From Longimicrobiales bacterium (GTDB lineage: Bacteria; Gemmatimonadota; Gemmatimonadetes; Longimicrobiales; Gaopeijiaceae), in NCBI GenBank assembly GCA_965202805.1, contig OZ241869.1, positions 160,001-224,000 on the forward strand: a stretch of DNA of 64,000 nucleotides, in the 5' to 3' direction. A model generated the notes under the pieces. The model did no database searches, was not told the DNA's origin, and saw only the letters and a list, made by a program, of their open reading frames with translations. Below, one piece after another: positions 1 through 9,654 of this stretch. Position 1 is the first letter of the stretch. Every line of letters begins with the position of its first letter. The position numbers and the translations under genes are program-made.

Positions 1-225
1 ATCATCGCGTGCGCAGCAGCGCTCTATCTCTTTGTGGGACTCAGCGGGTTGTTCCGTTTCCCGGCGGCCTTCGGATACAGCCGGACGATGACGATGTACT
101 ACGATCCCGCCGAGGGTCGTGAGCCCACGGAGGCGATCCGCTGCCGCGGGCTCCCGGGGCTGTTCAGCTACTGCGAAGGCACGATCGAGGCGCCGCGTCC
201 CCCGGCCAGCAGAGTCGGCGCCTAG
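1..225 (+). CDS. C-terminal part of a hypothetical membrane protein (5' end outside window)
   Basis: Frame 1 is open from base 1 (IIACAAALYLFVGLSGLF...) to TAG at 223-225; hydrophobic segment. Confidence 0.5.
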   Translation: MIACAAALYLFVGLSGLFRFPAAFGYSRTMTMYYDPAEGREPTEAIRCRGLPGLFSYCEGTIEAPRPPASRVGA

Positions 226-238
226 CATCCACGGGCGG

Positions 239-637
239 TTACACCTGGCGCGAGGGTCGGCGGCCGCGCACGACCGCGTACACGATCCACGCCGGGACAC
301 TCAGCGCGATGGCGTAGATCGCGATCGCAATCGGACCGAGCAGACCGGCGAAGAGCGTCGCGAACGAGGTGAGAGGCGCGAGGATCGCGAACGATGTCCA
401 CGCCGCGCGCGTGGACCCGGTCCGCCAGATCTGCCGGAAAGCCAGGGCGAGCGGCAGCCCGCACGGCGCCGTTGCCGCGAGCGAGAGGAGCGCCAAGGGC
501 AGCATGAACAGCGTCTCGGGCGTGATCGGAGGGGCCACGCCGCGGGCGAGCGACACCACTACGACCCCCGCGGGCAGCCACGCGAGGGACAAAAGCCAGA
601 ACTTTCCTGCTGAACCGAACGGCTGGTCGGTCATCAT
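239..637 (-). CDS. Hypothetical integral membrane protein (~4 TM)
   Basis: ATG at 637, 4 nt after the upstream gene's stop; strongly hydrophobic 132 aa. Confidence 0.7.
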   Translation of the reverse strand: MMTDQPFGSAGKFWLLSLAWLPAGVVVVSLARGVAPPITPETLFMLPLALLSLAATAPCGLPLALAFRQIWRTGSTRAAWTSFAILAPLTSFATLFAGLLGPIAIAIYAIALSVPAWIVYAVVRGRRPSRQV

Positions 638-641
638 GGTC

Positions 642-1913
642 TCAGTCCCGCCAGGCCGTCCAGGGCTGTTGCGACCGCAGCACACGGATGCCGTGGTCCA
701 CCACCGTCTGTGCGAACACGACTCGATCCGCAGAGTCCACGAGCATGGCCGGGAAGCCGCTCGCACGTGCGTTGGAGGAGGCTGCTACCTCGCGCGCGGG
801 GCCGAGGTTCCCGTCCGCGGTGATGCGACGCACGAACAGTTGCTCGGCCTCAAGCCAGGTGACGAGCGCCGTTCCCGGCTCGGGCATCACGGCCGCGACG
901 CGTCCCACCGGGTTGCCCAGGTCGATGGTGACCGGCGCCCCGAAGGTAGCGCCCGAGTCGTGCGAGAAGGCCGCCCGCACCCGGGGCGTGTTGCCGGCGC
1001 CGGTGAACCACGCCACCACCACCGCATCGCCGAGGGCCGCGACGGAAGGCCCGTTCACCGGACAGCCCGGGATCACCCAGCCGTCGTCGTGCACGGGCAC
1101 CCCGCCCGTCCATTTCCCGTCCACGAAGCGCCCCACGGAGATGTCGCGCACTTCCTCCGCGGTGCGGTCGCGGTAGACGACCACCGGCCCCTCTGAGGTC
1201 ATCGCCGCGTCGGTCTGGCAGCAGTCGCAAATGCGGTCGTCGAGCTCGACCTCGGCGGTCATCGTCCCGTCCGCGCCGGCCGTCCGGTACCGCAGCGTCA
1301 TGCGGGGATTGGCCGCCCGCGAGCCATCGGCCTCGAAGAAGCGCCGGCCGTCCAGCCAGACCATCCCCGCCTCCCCGTGCCCCAACCCGAACACCGACAC
1401 GAACCCGTGCTCGGAGGGCGTGCCGTCCTCATGCGGCGTCCACGGCGCGCTCCACGAATGCCCGCCGTCCCCGGAGAAGGAGACCCGCACCCCGTAGTCG
1501 TAGGTGGCCGGCCCGCCCCGCTGGAGCCAGTGCGCCGCCAGCCGCCCGTCGCCCACGGGCCAAACCACCGGAAAATCGGCCCAGTTCACGAAGAACGTGA
1601 TGCCCCCGCCCGAGCGGGTCACCTCGAAGGGCTTGCCCAGGGTGCCATCCGCATACGGGGCTCCCTTCAGCGCCCACACTTCCTCGCCTTCGGCGATGTG
1701 CGGTTCGAGCCAGCTCAGCACCACCGCATCACCGTGGCGCTCCAGCGACGGGAAGCGGGCTCCGGACGCGGCCTCCACGGCCAGTTCCTCCACAGCGAGT
1801 TCGGTAACGCTGGATTCAGGAGCTGCGCAGGCGGCAATGATGAGGCAGCCGAGTCCAGCGCGCCCGTACCGCCAGCTCGTCCGCCGTTTGGAGTGAGGAA
1901 CCGCAGGATGCAT
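642..1913 (-). CDS. BNR/Asp-box (sialidase-like beta-propeller) lipoprotein
   Basis: Lipobox IIAAC; Asp-boxes SGDGGHSW and SHDSGATF; conserved CDCC and GCPVNGP motifs. Confidence 0.8.
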   Translation of the reverse strand: MHPAVPHSKRRTSWRYGRAGLGCLIIAACAAPESSVTELAVEELAVEAASGARFPSLERHGDAVVLSWLEPHIAEGEEVWALKGAPYADGTLGKPFEVTRSGGGITFFVNWADFPVVWPVGDGRLAAHWLQRGGPATYDYGVRVSFSGDGGHSWSAPWTPHEDGTPSEHGFVSVFGLGHGEAGMVWLDGRRFFEADGSRAANPRMTLRYRTAGADGTMTAEVELDDRICDCCQTDAAMTSEGPVVVYRDRTAEEVRDISVGRFVDGKWTGGVPVHDDGWVIPGCPVNGPSVAALGDAVVVAWFTGAGNTPRVRAAFSHDSGATFGAPVTIDLGNPVGRVAAVMPEPGTALVTWLEAEQLFVRRITADGNLGPAREVAASSNARASGFPAMLVDSADRVVFAQTVVDHGIRVLRSQQPWTAWRD

Positions 1914-2086
1914 GATGGACTCGATGCCGGAAAGTTCTGTGTGTTTACGTTGCACGGACAAAGATGCCAGGGTTCTGCGGATGTCGAAAGGGATTCCACA
2001 TTCGGCCGCGCATCGGACCGTGCGGTGCACGGTGCACTGCAGCTGCCGCAGAGTCTCCGGCCTGTTGCACGCGGGACATGAGCAGC

Positions 2087-2109
2087 GGAGTATTACAGGA
2101 GTATTACAG
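2087..2109. promoter_or_regulatory. Perfect 11-bp tandem direct repeat (GGAGTATTACA x2), OmpR/PhoB-type box candidate
   Basis: Minus strand reads CTGTAAT-ACTC-CTGTAAT; lies in a divergent intergenic region. Confidence 0.45.
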
Positions 2110-2169
2110 AGTGGTTGCCGAGCGGGAGCCCTGCTCGACCCCATCCCGCGCCCGGAGGAGGATAACCGC

Positions 2170-3048
2170 ATGACCCGTTCCATTCGTACCCCCATTCCGA
2201 TTGCGGCCACCCTCGCCCTGACGCTCGGCGCCTGCGCCGAAGGCACCGAACAGGCCGCCGAAATGGACCCCGCGACCAGCCAGGTCGCCGAGGGCGTCTT
2301 CTGGTTCAACGCCGGTACGCACAACGCGTTCTTCGTGGAAACCGACGATGGCGTGGTGGCCTTCGACCCCATCTCGAACGAAGCCGCGGCGGGGCTGGCG
2401 GCTTCCATCCGGGGCGCGGTCCCGGGCAAGCCGCTTGCGGCCATCGTCTACAGCCACAGTGACGCGGACCACGCCACCGGTGCGCCGGTGCTGCAGGAGG
2501 CGTTCGGCGGCGGCGTGCCGATCATCGCGCAGGAGAACGCGCTGCCCATCATTCTGGAGCGCGCGGATCCCGACCTCCCGCCCCCGGACCTGACCTTCTC
2601 CGACGAGATGACGCTGCGCTTCGGCGGCCGCGCCATCGAGCTGCATTACCTGGGGCCGAGCCACACGGACAACCTGCTGGTGGCGTTTCTCCCCGAGGAG
2701 CGTATCGCCTTCGCGGTCGACTTCGTCAGCAACGACCGGGTGGGCTACCAGAGCCTGCCGGGATGGCACTTCGACGATTTCTACGTCGCGCTGGACCGGC
2801 TGATGGAGATCCCCTTCGAGACCGTGGTCTTCGGGCACGGAGACGTGGGGGACCGTGGCACCATCGAGCGCCAGCTCGCCTATTACGCGGATCTGCGGGA
2901 CGCCGTGCAGGCTGCGCTCGACCAGGGTTTGTCCGAAGAGGAAGCCAAGGCCCGGGTGCGCCTGGACGACTACGCCCACTGGGGCCAGTACGAAGCGTGG
3001 TTCCCGATGAACGTGGGTGCCGTCTACCGCTGGCTTGCCGAGAGCTGA
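2170..3048 (+). CDS. MBL-fold metallo-hydrolase lipoprotein
   Basis: GGAGGAG RBS; lipobox LGAC; SHSDADH, GPSHT, AVDF and FGHG motifs. Confidence 0.85.
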   Translation: MTRSIRTPIPIAATLALTLGACAEGTEQAAEMDPATSQVAEGVFWFNAGTHNAFFVETDDGVVAFDPISNEAAAGLAASIRGAVPGKPLAAIVYSHSDADHATGAPVLQEAFGGGVPIIAQENALPIILERADPDLPPPDLTFSDEMTLRFGGRAIELHYLGPSHTDNLLVAFLPEERIAFAVDFVSNDRVGYQSLPGWHFDDFYVALDRLMEIPFETVVFGHGDVGDRGTIERQLAYYADLRDAVQAALDQGLSEEEAKARVRLDDYAHWGQYEAWFPMNVGAVYRWLAES

Positions 3049-3106
3049 GGACCCTGCCGGCCCGAGGATGAGTCCCTCGAAGGCCGGGGGGTTCGTCCGC
3101 CGGCTG

Positions 3107-4372
3107 CTACACCCGCACCGCCAGCCCGTCGTGGAGGGCCGTGCGGTAGGCCTTGAGCGCGGGCACGAAACCCATAAGGAAGCCGGCCGTCACCACGGCG
3201 CCCAGGAAGAGCAACTCGATCGAGCCGGGTGGCCGGATCGGGATGAAGAGCCCCACCTGCGCCTCGACGATGGGCTGTCCGGCTGAGAGCAGCACGTACA
3301 CGAGCGCCAGGCCGCCGATGGCCCCCGCCGCGGCCAGGCACACCGACTCGAGCACCAGCAGCGAGACGATCCGGTTGGGCCCGGCCCCGACGGCGCGCAG
3401 AATCGCCATCTCGCGGCGGCGCTCGTTGAGCGACGTGTAGAGCGAGACCAGCATGCCCAGCAGTCCCACCAGCACGACGAAGATCGTTACCACCCGGAGC
3501 CCGGTCTCGGCGTAGCCGATCCCCTGCCACATCTCGTTCAGCGCCAACCCGGGGATGACCGCCATCATCGGCTCGCCCTCGTAGTCGTTGATCTCGCGCT
3601 GCAGCCGGAGCACGTCCCTCCGGTTCGTCGTGCCCACGAAGAACGATGTCACCTGGGTGATCTCGATCTCATCCATCGCGAGCACGTCCTCGCGCGTCTG
3701 CTCCTCGCCCGGCATGGGCGGCCCGCCGTCCTCCCATCCGAAGTGGATGGCCTCGATGCCCTCGAGGGTGACGTAGACCGCGCGGTCGACCGGGGTGAAG
3801 GTCTTGTCGAGGATACCCGTGACCGTGAACGGCATCTGGTCGTGGTTCAGGAAGCCCACCTCGCCGATCCCGTGGGTCACGGCGATCTCGTCGCCGAGCC
3901 CGTAGCCCAGTTCGCTCGCCACATCCGCGCCCAGGGTTACGTCGAAAACCTCCGAGCCGCCGCGGCCCTCCGCCAGCGTGATCTCCTGCCCCCCTCGATA
4001 CCGGTAGTGCCGGTAGAAGTCCTCGTTGGTGCCGATGACGCGGAATCCCCTGTGGCTGTCGCCCAGGCCGTATGGGATGGTCCAATCGATGGCGGGGTGC
4101 TCGGCCCATTCGCGGTACGTGTCCCAGGACAGGTTGTTCGTCGGCGATCCCATGCCGAAGACCGAGTACAGCAGCAGCTGAATCGTGCCGCCCTTGGTAC
4201 CCACGATCAGGTCGGTCCGGCTGATGGTGTTCGAGAAGCTCTCGCGCATGCCCACGCGCACGTTCTCGACGCCGATCAGGAGGGCGACGCTGAGCGCGAT
4301 GGACCCCACCGTGAGCGAGGTGCTGAAGGCGCGGTTGCGGAGCGACTTGAGCGCGAGATCCAAAACCAGCAT
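3107..4372 (-). CDS. ABC transporter permease, FtsX/MacB-type (ZrgC-like)
   Basis: LGDSHRGFRVIGT and LNERRREMAILRAVGA motifs; start overlaps the ATPase stop. Confidence 0.9.
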   Translation of the reverse strand: MLVLDLALKSLRNRAFSTSLTVGSIALSVALLIGVENVRVGMRESFSNTISRTDLIVGTKGGTIQLLLYSVFGMGSPTNNLSWDTYREWAEHPAIDWTIPYGLGDSHRGFRVIGTNEDFYRHYRYRGGQEITLAEGRGGSEVFDVTLGADVASELGYGLGDEIAVTHGIGEVGFLNHDQMPFTVTGILDKTFTPVDRAVYVTLEGIEAIHFGWEDGGPPMPGEEQTREDVLAMDEIEITQVTSFFVGTTNRRDVLRLQREINDYEGEPMMAVIPGLALNEMWQGIGYAETGLRVVTIFVVLVGLLGMLVSLYTSLNERRREMAILRAVGAGPNRIVSLLVLESVCLAAAGAIGGLALVYVLLSAGQPIVEAQVGLFIPIRPPGSIELLFLGAVVTAGFLMGFVPALKAYRTALHDGLAVRV

Positions 4373-5055
4373 CAGAGCACCGCCTTGTTGACGTCTGGGA
4401 GCGAGATGATGCGCGAGAACATGCTCTCCAAGGTGCGGTCGTGGCTCACGAACACCAGCGTTGCGCCGGCGCGCGCGCACTCCTGGAAGAGAAGCTCGAG
4501 GAAGGCCTCCCGGCGGTCGAAGTCCAGGGAGGAGGTGGGTTCATCGGCAACGATGAGCTCGGGGGCGCCGATCAGGGCCCGGCATGCGGCCACCCGCTGC
4601 TGCTGGCCCACCGAGAGTTCCGTCACCGGCTTCTTCAGCAGATCGCCGATCTGGAGATGATCGGCCAGCATCGCGGCGGTCTCCTTGACGCCCGTGCCGT
4701 CCAGCCGGGCCCGCCGGCGCGCGTCCATGCGCGCCGGGAGGGCGATGTTGTCGAGTACCGACAGGTAGGGGATGAGGTTGAACATCTGGAAGACGTAGCC
4801 GATGTGCTCCGCCCGGAAGGCGTCCCGCCGGGCGCCGGAGAGAGAGGCGAGATTCTCGCCCAGCACTCTGACCTCGCCCTCGTTCGCCTCCAGGACGCCC
4901 GCCAGCACCCCGAGCAGCGTGGTCTTGCCGCTCCCGCTCGGGCCGAACAGGAACGCGCGCTCGCCGCGCTCGAGGGTCAGTTCGGGAATATCCAGCACCC
5001 AGGGACCGCGGCCGTATCGGAACCGCAGGCGTCGGAGCTCGATTGCGAGGCTCAT
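4372..5055 (-). CDS. ABC transporter ATP-binding protein (LolD/ZrgB-like)
   Basis: GPSGSGKT Walker A, LSVGQQQRV signature, ADEPT, VSHD. Confidence 0.95.
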   Translation of the reverse strand: MSLAIELRRLRFRYGRGPWVLDIPELTLERGERAFLFGPSGSGKTTLLGVLAGVLEANEGEVRVLGENLASLSGARRDAFRAEHIGYVFQMFNLIPYLSVLDNIALPARMDARRRARLDGTGVKETAAMLADHLQIGDLLKKPVTELSVGQQQRVAACRALIGAPELIVADEPTSSLDFDRREAFLELLFQECARAGATLVFVSHDRTLESMFSRIISLPDVNKAVL

Positions 5056-5152
5056 CTAATGGCGTCTCCCGCCGAAGCGTAGTTTCACGAAGAAGCGCGC
5101 CCTCGGCTCAGCGAAAGCGCGCTCCATGCATGCAGGCGGACTGCATCGCGGC

Positions 5153-5650
5153 TCAGGATCCGTACGGATACACCCGCTGGCCGGTGATGGTGAAGCCGAC
5201 GTAGCCGTATATGCTCCTTGTCATCTCGATCTCGAGCACGCCCTCGACCCACACCGGGTTCCACCCGTCCATCGCCGCCCGCTTTCCTGCATCCATCTGG
5301 ATGTAGACGAGCTGGTTGGGCGGCGGCGGCGGCGTGTGGATGCAGGCGCCGACGTAGGGCACGAGGAGGAATTCCGTCGCCGAAGACGCCCAGTCCTCGA
5401 GCGGCACCGTGAACCCGGGGATCTTGACGAGCTTGCCCGCGAGAGCCTGCAACTCCTCGCCCGCCTCGCCGGTGCGGTAGTTGAGGCTGGCAAGGAGCCG
5501 CCAGCCCACCTCGGTGGGATCGTCGGCGGATGCGACTGGTGCGTCGGCGGGGGGTTCCGTGACGGGCTCCGGGAGGCCGCCCGCGCCGGCAAGGGGCACC
5601 ACGAAAAGCATGGCGGCGGCGTAGCGAAGTCTGCGGCTGGCGTCGATCAT
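5153..5650 (-). CDS. DUF3299 family exported protein (ZrgD-like)
   Basis: Signal peptide; VKIPGFxVPL and EFLLVPYVGACIHTPPPPPNQLV signature. Confidence 0.85.
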   Translation of the reverse strand: MIDASRRLRYAAAMLFVVPLAGAGGLPEPVTEPPADAPVASADDPTEVGWRLLASLNYRTGEAGEELQALAGKLVKIPGFTVPLEDWASSATEFLLVPYVGACIHTPPPPPNQLVYIQMDAGKRAAMDGWNPVWVEGVLEIEMTRSIYGYVGFTITGQRVYPYGS

Positions 5651-5675
5651 CGGAAAACTCCGGTTGTGAAAGTCC

Positions 5676-7301
5676 TCAGTTCGATCCCGGGGTCTCCTGC
5701 CGGTCCTCCTCGGAAACCGGCCGCGAGAGCGTGGGATACCGGATCCCCAACTGCTCAAGATACGTCTCGAAGCGGGTTTCGTCATAGTAGAACTGCTCGA
5801 GGAGCGGACGATACGCGTCCATGATCTCCTTGTTGAGATCGATGGGTGGCGGGTCGTCGGGGCCGATGAAGGGAATATACTCCATGGCCGCGGTCTGTTC
5901 CTCCCGGAAGTAGGTCCACGCGTCGTCAACCAGCTCCGGTTGGGCGAAGAGCTGGAGCGCGGTGCGGGCCATGACGCGCGCACCGGCGACCGCACCCTTG
6001 TGCGCGATCGGGGTCGCCATCGCCATGGCGCTCGACCAGTGGTGGCCCGGAAGCCCCGGCACGTTGGACGGGAAGCGCAGGGTCACCGTGGGCACGTTCC
6101 ACGAGATGTCGCCGATGTCGTCGGATCCACCGCTCCGGCGCGGCCCCGGCTCGCCCAGGGGCGACAGGCCGATCGGCATCCCCGACGGGACGCTTCCCAC
6201 CGATTCCTGCACCGCGCTCGCGAAGTCGTGGTCGTCGTCGGTCCACTCCGGAAGCCCGACCTCCTGGATGTGTTCGTACATCGTCTCGGCGACCACCCTG
6301 TTGAAGTGCCGGGGCCAGGCGGCGCCGATGATCCGGTACGACATCTCGGTGTCGGTCATCATGGCCGCGCCTTCGGCGATGCGGATGGCGGTATCGAAGT
6401 TGCGCTTGATGTCCTCGTAGTCCATCTCGCGGATGAAATACCATACCGAGGCGCTCGGCGGCACGACGTTCGGCTGATCGCCGCCGTCGCTGATTACATA
6501 GTGGGAGCGCTGGTCGGGCCGCAGGTGCTCGCGCCGGAAGTTCCACGCGACGTTCATCAGCTCGACCGCGTCGAGCGCGCTGCGGCCCCGCCAGGGAGCG
6601 CCCGCGCCGTGCGCCGCCTCGCCCGCGAAGGTGAACTCCACGGAGACGAGCCCCGTTCCGCCGCCCTGTCCCCAGCTCACCGACAGGTTGCTGCTGACGT
6701 GGGTGAAGATGGTGATGTCGATGTTCTCGAGATAGCCGTCACGCACGTACCAGGCCTTCGAGGCCAGCTGCTCCTCGGCAACGCCGGGCCAGAGCACCAG
6801 AGTGCCCTCGATGCCCTCCGCCTCCATGACGTCCTTGAGCGCGAGCGCCGCCACCACGTTCACGGCCTGTCCGGAGTTGTGGCCCTCGCCGTGACCGGGG
6901 GCGCCGGGAATCAGCGGATCGTGATAGGCTACGCCGGGCTTCTGGTTGGCCTTGGGGATGCCGTCGATGTCGGACCCGAAGGAGATGACCGGCCTGCCGC
7001 TCCCCCAGCGAGCGAACCAGGCGGTCGGGATGCCCGAGGGTGCGCGCTCGATGGTGAAGCCGTTCTCCTCGAGGATCCCCGTAATGTAGGCCGAGGTCTC
7101 GATCTCCTGCTGCCCCAGCTCGGAGAAGGAGAAGATCTTGTCGACCATGACCTGGGCGAGCTTGGCGCGCTCGAGAACGCCCTCTTCCACCCGGGCCACG
7201 AGAGGCTCGAGTTCCTCGTCGGAAAGGCGCTGGGTGGCCGCCAGGACGGCGGGGGTGAAGAGAAGCGCGACCAGCGTCGCTCCGAACATTCGTTTAGCCA
7301 T
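5676..7301 (-). CDS. M20 family amidohydrolase (AbgB-like), exported
   Basis: Signal peptide; GHGEGHN, AEE, GRSALDAVELM, GGSDDIGD motifs. Confidence 0.9.
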   Translation of the reverse strand: MAKRMFGATLVALLFTPAVLAATQRLSDEELEPLVARVEEGVLERAKLAQVMVDKIFSFSELGQQEIETSAYITGILEENGFTIERAPSGIPTAWFARWGSGRPVISFGSDIDGIPKANQKPGVAYHDPLIPGAPGHGEGHNSGQAVNVVAALALKDVMEAEGIEGTLVLWPGVAEEQLASKAWYVRDGYLENIDITIFTHVSSNLSVSWGQGGGTGLVSVEFTFAGEAAHGAGAPWRGRSALDAVELMNVAWNFRREHLRPDQRSHYVISDGGDQPNVVPPSASVWYFIREMDYEDIKRNFDTAIRIAEGAAMMTDTEMSYRIIGAAWPRHFNRVVAETMYEHIQEVGLPEWTDDDHDFASAVQESVGSVPSGMPIGLSPLGEPGPRRSGGSDDIGDISWNVPTVTLRFPSNVPGLPGHHWSSAMAMATPIAHKGAVAGARVMARTALQLFAQPELVDDAWTYFREEQTAAMEYIPFIGPDDPPPIDLNKEIMDAYRPLLEQFYYDETRFETYLEQLGIRYPTLSRPVSEEDRQETPGSN

Positions 7302-7458
7302 TGACGCACCGGAAGGAATGAGATCGGAAGACGAAGGAACCCTGCAACATAAGCGCGGGCGGCCCGAGTCGGAAAGTGCGCTGCGATTCGCCGGGCGAAG
7401 CCGGCCAGCCATGCGTGGGAGAGGGGCCCGCCGGCGATGCGTGCGCGGTGCCGGGAGC

Positions 7459-9654
7459 CTATCCGGCGAACAGATCCCGGAGGCGGACGCTCATCCGGAA
7501 CCGGCGTTCGATGATGCCCTGCCACCCTTCCGGACGGGCGTCGAAGAGGTTGTCGACGCCGGCGAGGAACTCGAGGTGGCCGGCCACGGGCAGCGCTGTC
7601 TGCAGGTCGACGGCGACAAATCGGGCTTGAGTGCCGAGCGGGGCCGCGGCGCCGTCCGGCCGGGTCTGTACGATCGGCGCGCTGCCGGTGAGGTGGGCGG
7701 TCGCATCCATGCGCAGCCCCGAGAGAGACTCCGCGGTCCACGTCACTCTCGCGCGGGCCGAGTGCGTTGCGCGCCGATCCAGCGGAAGGCCGGAATCGGC
7801 CTCGTGGGCGTCCAGATATGCGTAACCGGCGGAGAGACTGCCATCCTTCCACAGCCAGCGCAGGCCGAACTCGAAGCCCTGGGTGACGGCGTTCGCCACG
7901 TTGCGTGGGGAGAAGATGAGCAGCCCGCTGGGCGCGTGTCCGACGAAGCCGGACTCGATGAGGTTCTCGATCCGGTTGGCGTAGACTTCGGCATCGATCA
8001 CCAGGCTTTCCTGCAGCTGCCACTCCGCGCCGCCGGAAAGGCTCCAGGAGCGTTCGGGCTCGAGATCCGCGTATCCCTGAATCATGTAGCCGGCGGCCAG
8101 GTTGGCGTAGTTCCAGCCGAGCTCCTTGAAGGAGGGCGCCCGGAAGCCCTGGGCGAGGGCGACCCGCAGGCGGAGCTTGTCGGCGACGGAGCGCGTCAGC
8201 CCGAGCGAAGGCGCGAGGTTCGATCCCCAGCGGCTGTTGCGGGTGAAGCGGGCGCCGCCGCTCAGGATCGTGGCTCCGAGCCGCCAGGCGTCCTGCGCGA
8301 AGAAGGCGAGCTGGTCGTCTCCGGCCCGGTCTTCGACCAGTTTGTCGGGCGAGCGGATTGAGCGGGTCGCGCCCTCCACGCCCAGATCGAAGTCATGATC
8401 GCCCAATGTGGCGGAATAGCCCGCCGTCGCCTTCAGCAGCCGCTCCCACTGGGCGTTGTCGCGGTCTCCGGCGATCGGGGCGTCGCCGCGGGCACTGCGG
8501 TAGAGGTGTTCGTAGTCCTGGGCGAAGACGGTTGCGCTCAGTTCTCCGGTCCCGGCGCGGCGGCGCGTCTCCAGCAGACCCGACAGGCCGCTGTTGTCGT
8601 TGAAGCCCGAGAATCCGCCCCCCACCGGCCATCGCTGGCGCTCGCGCAGGTAGGTGAGCCCGCCGCGCATCTCCCAGTCGTCGGCTACCTCGAGACGGAG
8701 GCGGGAGCGCAGGTCCCAGACGCGGGCGAAGGCGTCCTGGTCGCCGGTGACGAGTCCCGGCACGCGGTCTTCCTGGCGCCAGCCCCCCGTGACGCTGTAG
8801 CGAAGACGTCCGCCTCCGCTCGCGGTCGCTTCCGCTTCCTGCCGGCCGGCTCCGCCCGAAAGCGCGCGCGCGTCGAGGCGGAAACCCGAGACCGGCAGTC
8901 CGGTGATGACGTTGACCACGCCTCCGAGCGCGTCCGATCCGTAGAGGGACGAGAGCGGGCCCTTCACGATCTCCACCCGCTCGGTGCCGGCGAGCGACAA
9001 GCGGCTGAGGTCGCGGTTCTCGATGAGGGCTCCGGTGACCGGCTGACCGTCCAGAAGGACCAGTACGCGCGCACCGCCGATGCCCCGGATGAGGAGGTTT
9101 GCTCCCGTCGGCGCGCCGGCGCTCAGCTGCACCCCCGGCAGCTCCTCGAGCAGCCGGTCGGCCGAAGGTGCGCCGGCCGCGACGATCTCGCCGGCCTCGA
9201 TGGTCTCGATGGGCACCGCGATCTCGGACCGGCGCCGGGCCCGCGGGCTGGCCGTGACCACCACTTCGTCCAGCGCGAGCGGATCGCGCACGAGCGCGAC
9301 GCGCCACCCTGCGGCCTCGGCCTCCCGCCAGGTCAGGGTGCGTGCGGCGTACCCGAGAGCCAGGACCTCGACGGTGCCCTCGGGACCCCAGAGTCCAGGT
9401 ACCGCGAAGGCCCCGGACGCGTCGGTCACGGGGCCCCGGACCCCCGCATCCCGGGAGGAGGCCGCTTCCACCGCTCCCGCCGGCGCCCAACTGACGACGG
9501 CATCGGGGATGGGCGCCCCGGAATCCCGGTCGTAGACGCGTCCGTCCGCGCCGTCGGCGGGCGCAGCCGGGTCTTGGCCCAGCGAGGGAACCGGCGTAAC
9601 GGCGCAGGCGAAGCCGATCGCCGCGATCACCCCTGCCCGGGTGGCGATGTTCAC
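7459..9654 (-). CDS. TonB-dependent receptor (heme/iron-complex type)
   Basis: GTG start overlaps hmuY stop (GTGA); carboxypeptidase-regulatory-like N domain; plug motifs LIRG and VEIVKGPLSSLYGSDALGGVVNVIT; FRAP and DLEPE motifs. Confidence 0.9.
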   Translation of the reverse strand: MNIATRAGVIAAIGFACAVTPVPSLGQDPAAPADGADGRVYDRDSGAPIPDAVVSWAPAGAVEAASSRDAGVRGPVTDASGAFAVPGLWGPEGTVEVLALGYAARTLTWREAEAAGWRVALVRDPLALDEVVVTASPRARRRSEIAVPIETIEAGEIVAAGAPSADRLLEELPGVQLSAGAPTGANLLIRGIGGARVLVLLDGQPVTGALIENRDLSRLSLAGTERVEIVKGPLSSLYGSDALGGVVNVITGLPVSGFRLDARALSGGAGRQEAEATASGGGRLRYSVTGGWRQEDRVPGLVTGDQDAFARVWDLRSRLRLEVADDWEMRGGLTYLRERQRWPVGGGFSGFNDNSGLSGLLETRRRAGTGELSATVFAQDYEHLYRSARGDAPIAGDRDNAQWERLLKATAGYSATLGDHDFDLGVEGATRSIRSPDKLVEDRAGDDQLAFFAQDAWRLGATILSGGARFTRNSRWGSNLAPSLGLTRSVADKLRLRVALAQGFRAPSFKELGWNYANLAAGYMIQGYADLEPERSWSLSGGAEWQLQESLVIDAEVYANRIENLIESGFVGHAPSGLLIFSPRNVANAVTQGFEFGLRWLWKDGSLSAGYAYLDAHEADSGLPLDRRATHSARARVTWTAESLSGLRMDATAHLTGSAPIVQTRPDGAAAPLGTQARFVAVDLQTALPVAGHLEFLAGVDNLFDARPEGWQGIIERRFRMSVRLRDLFAG

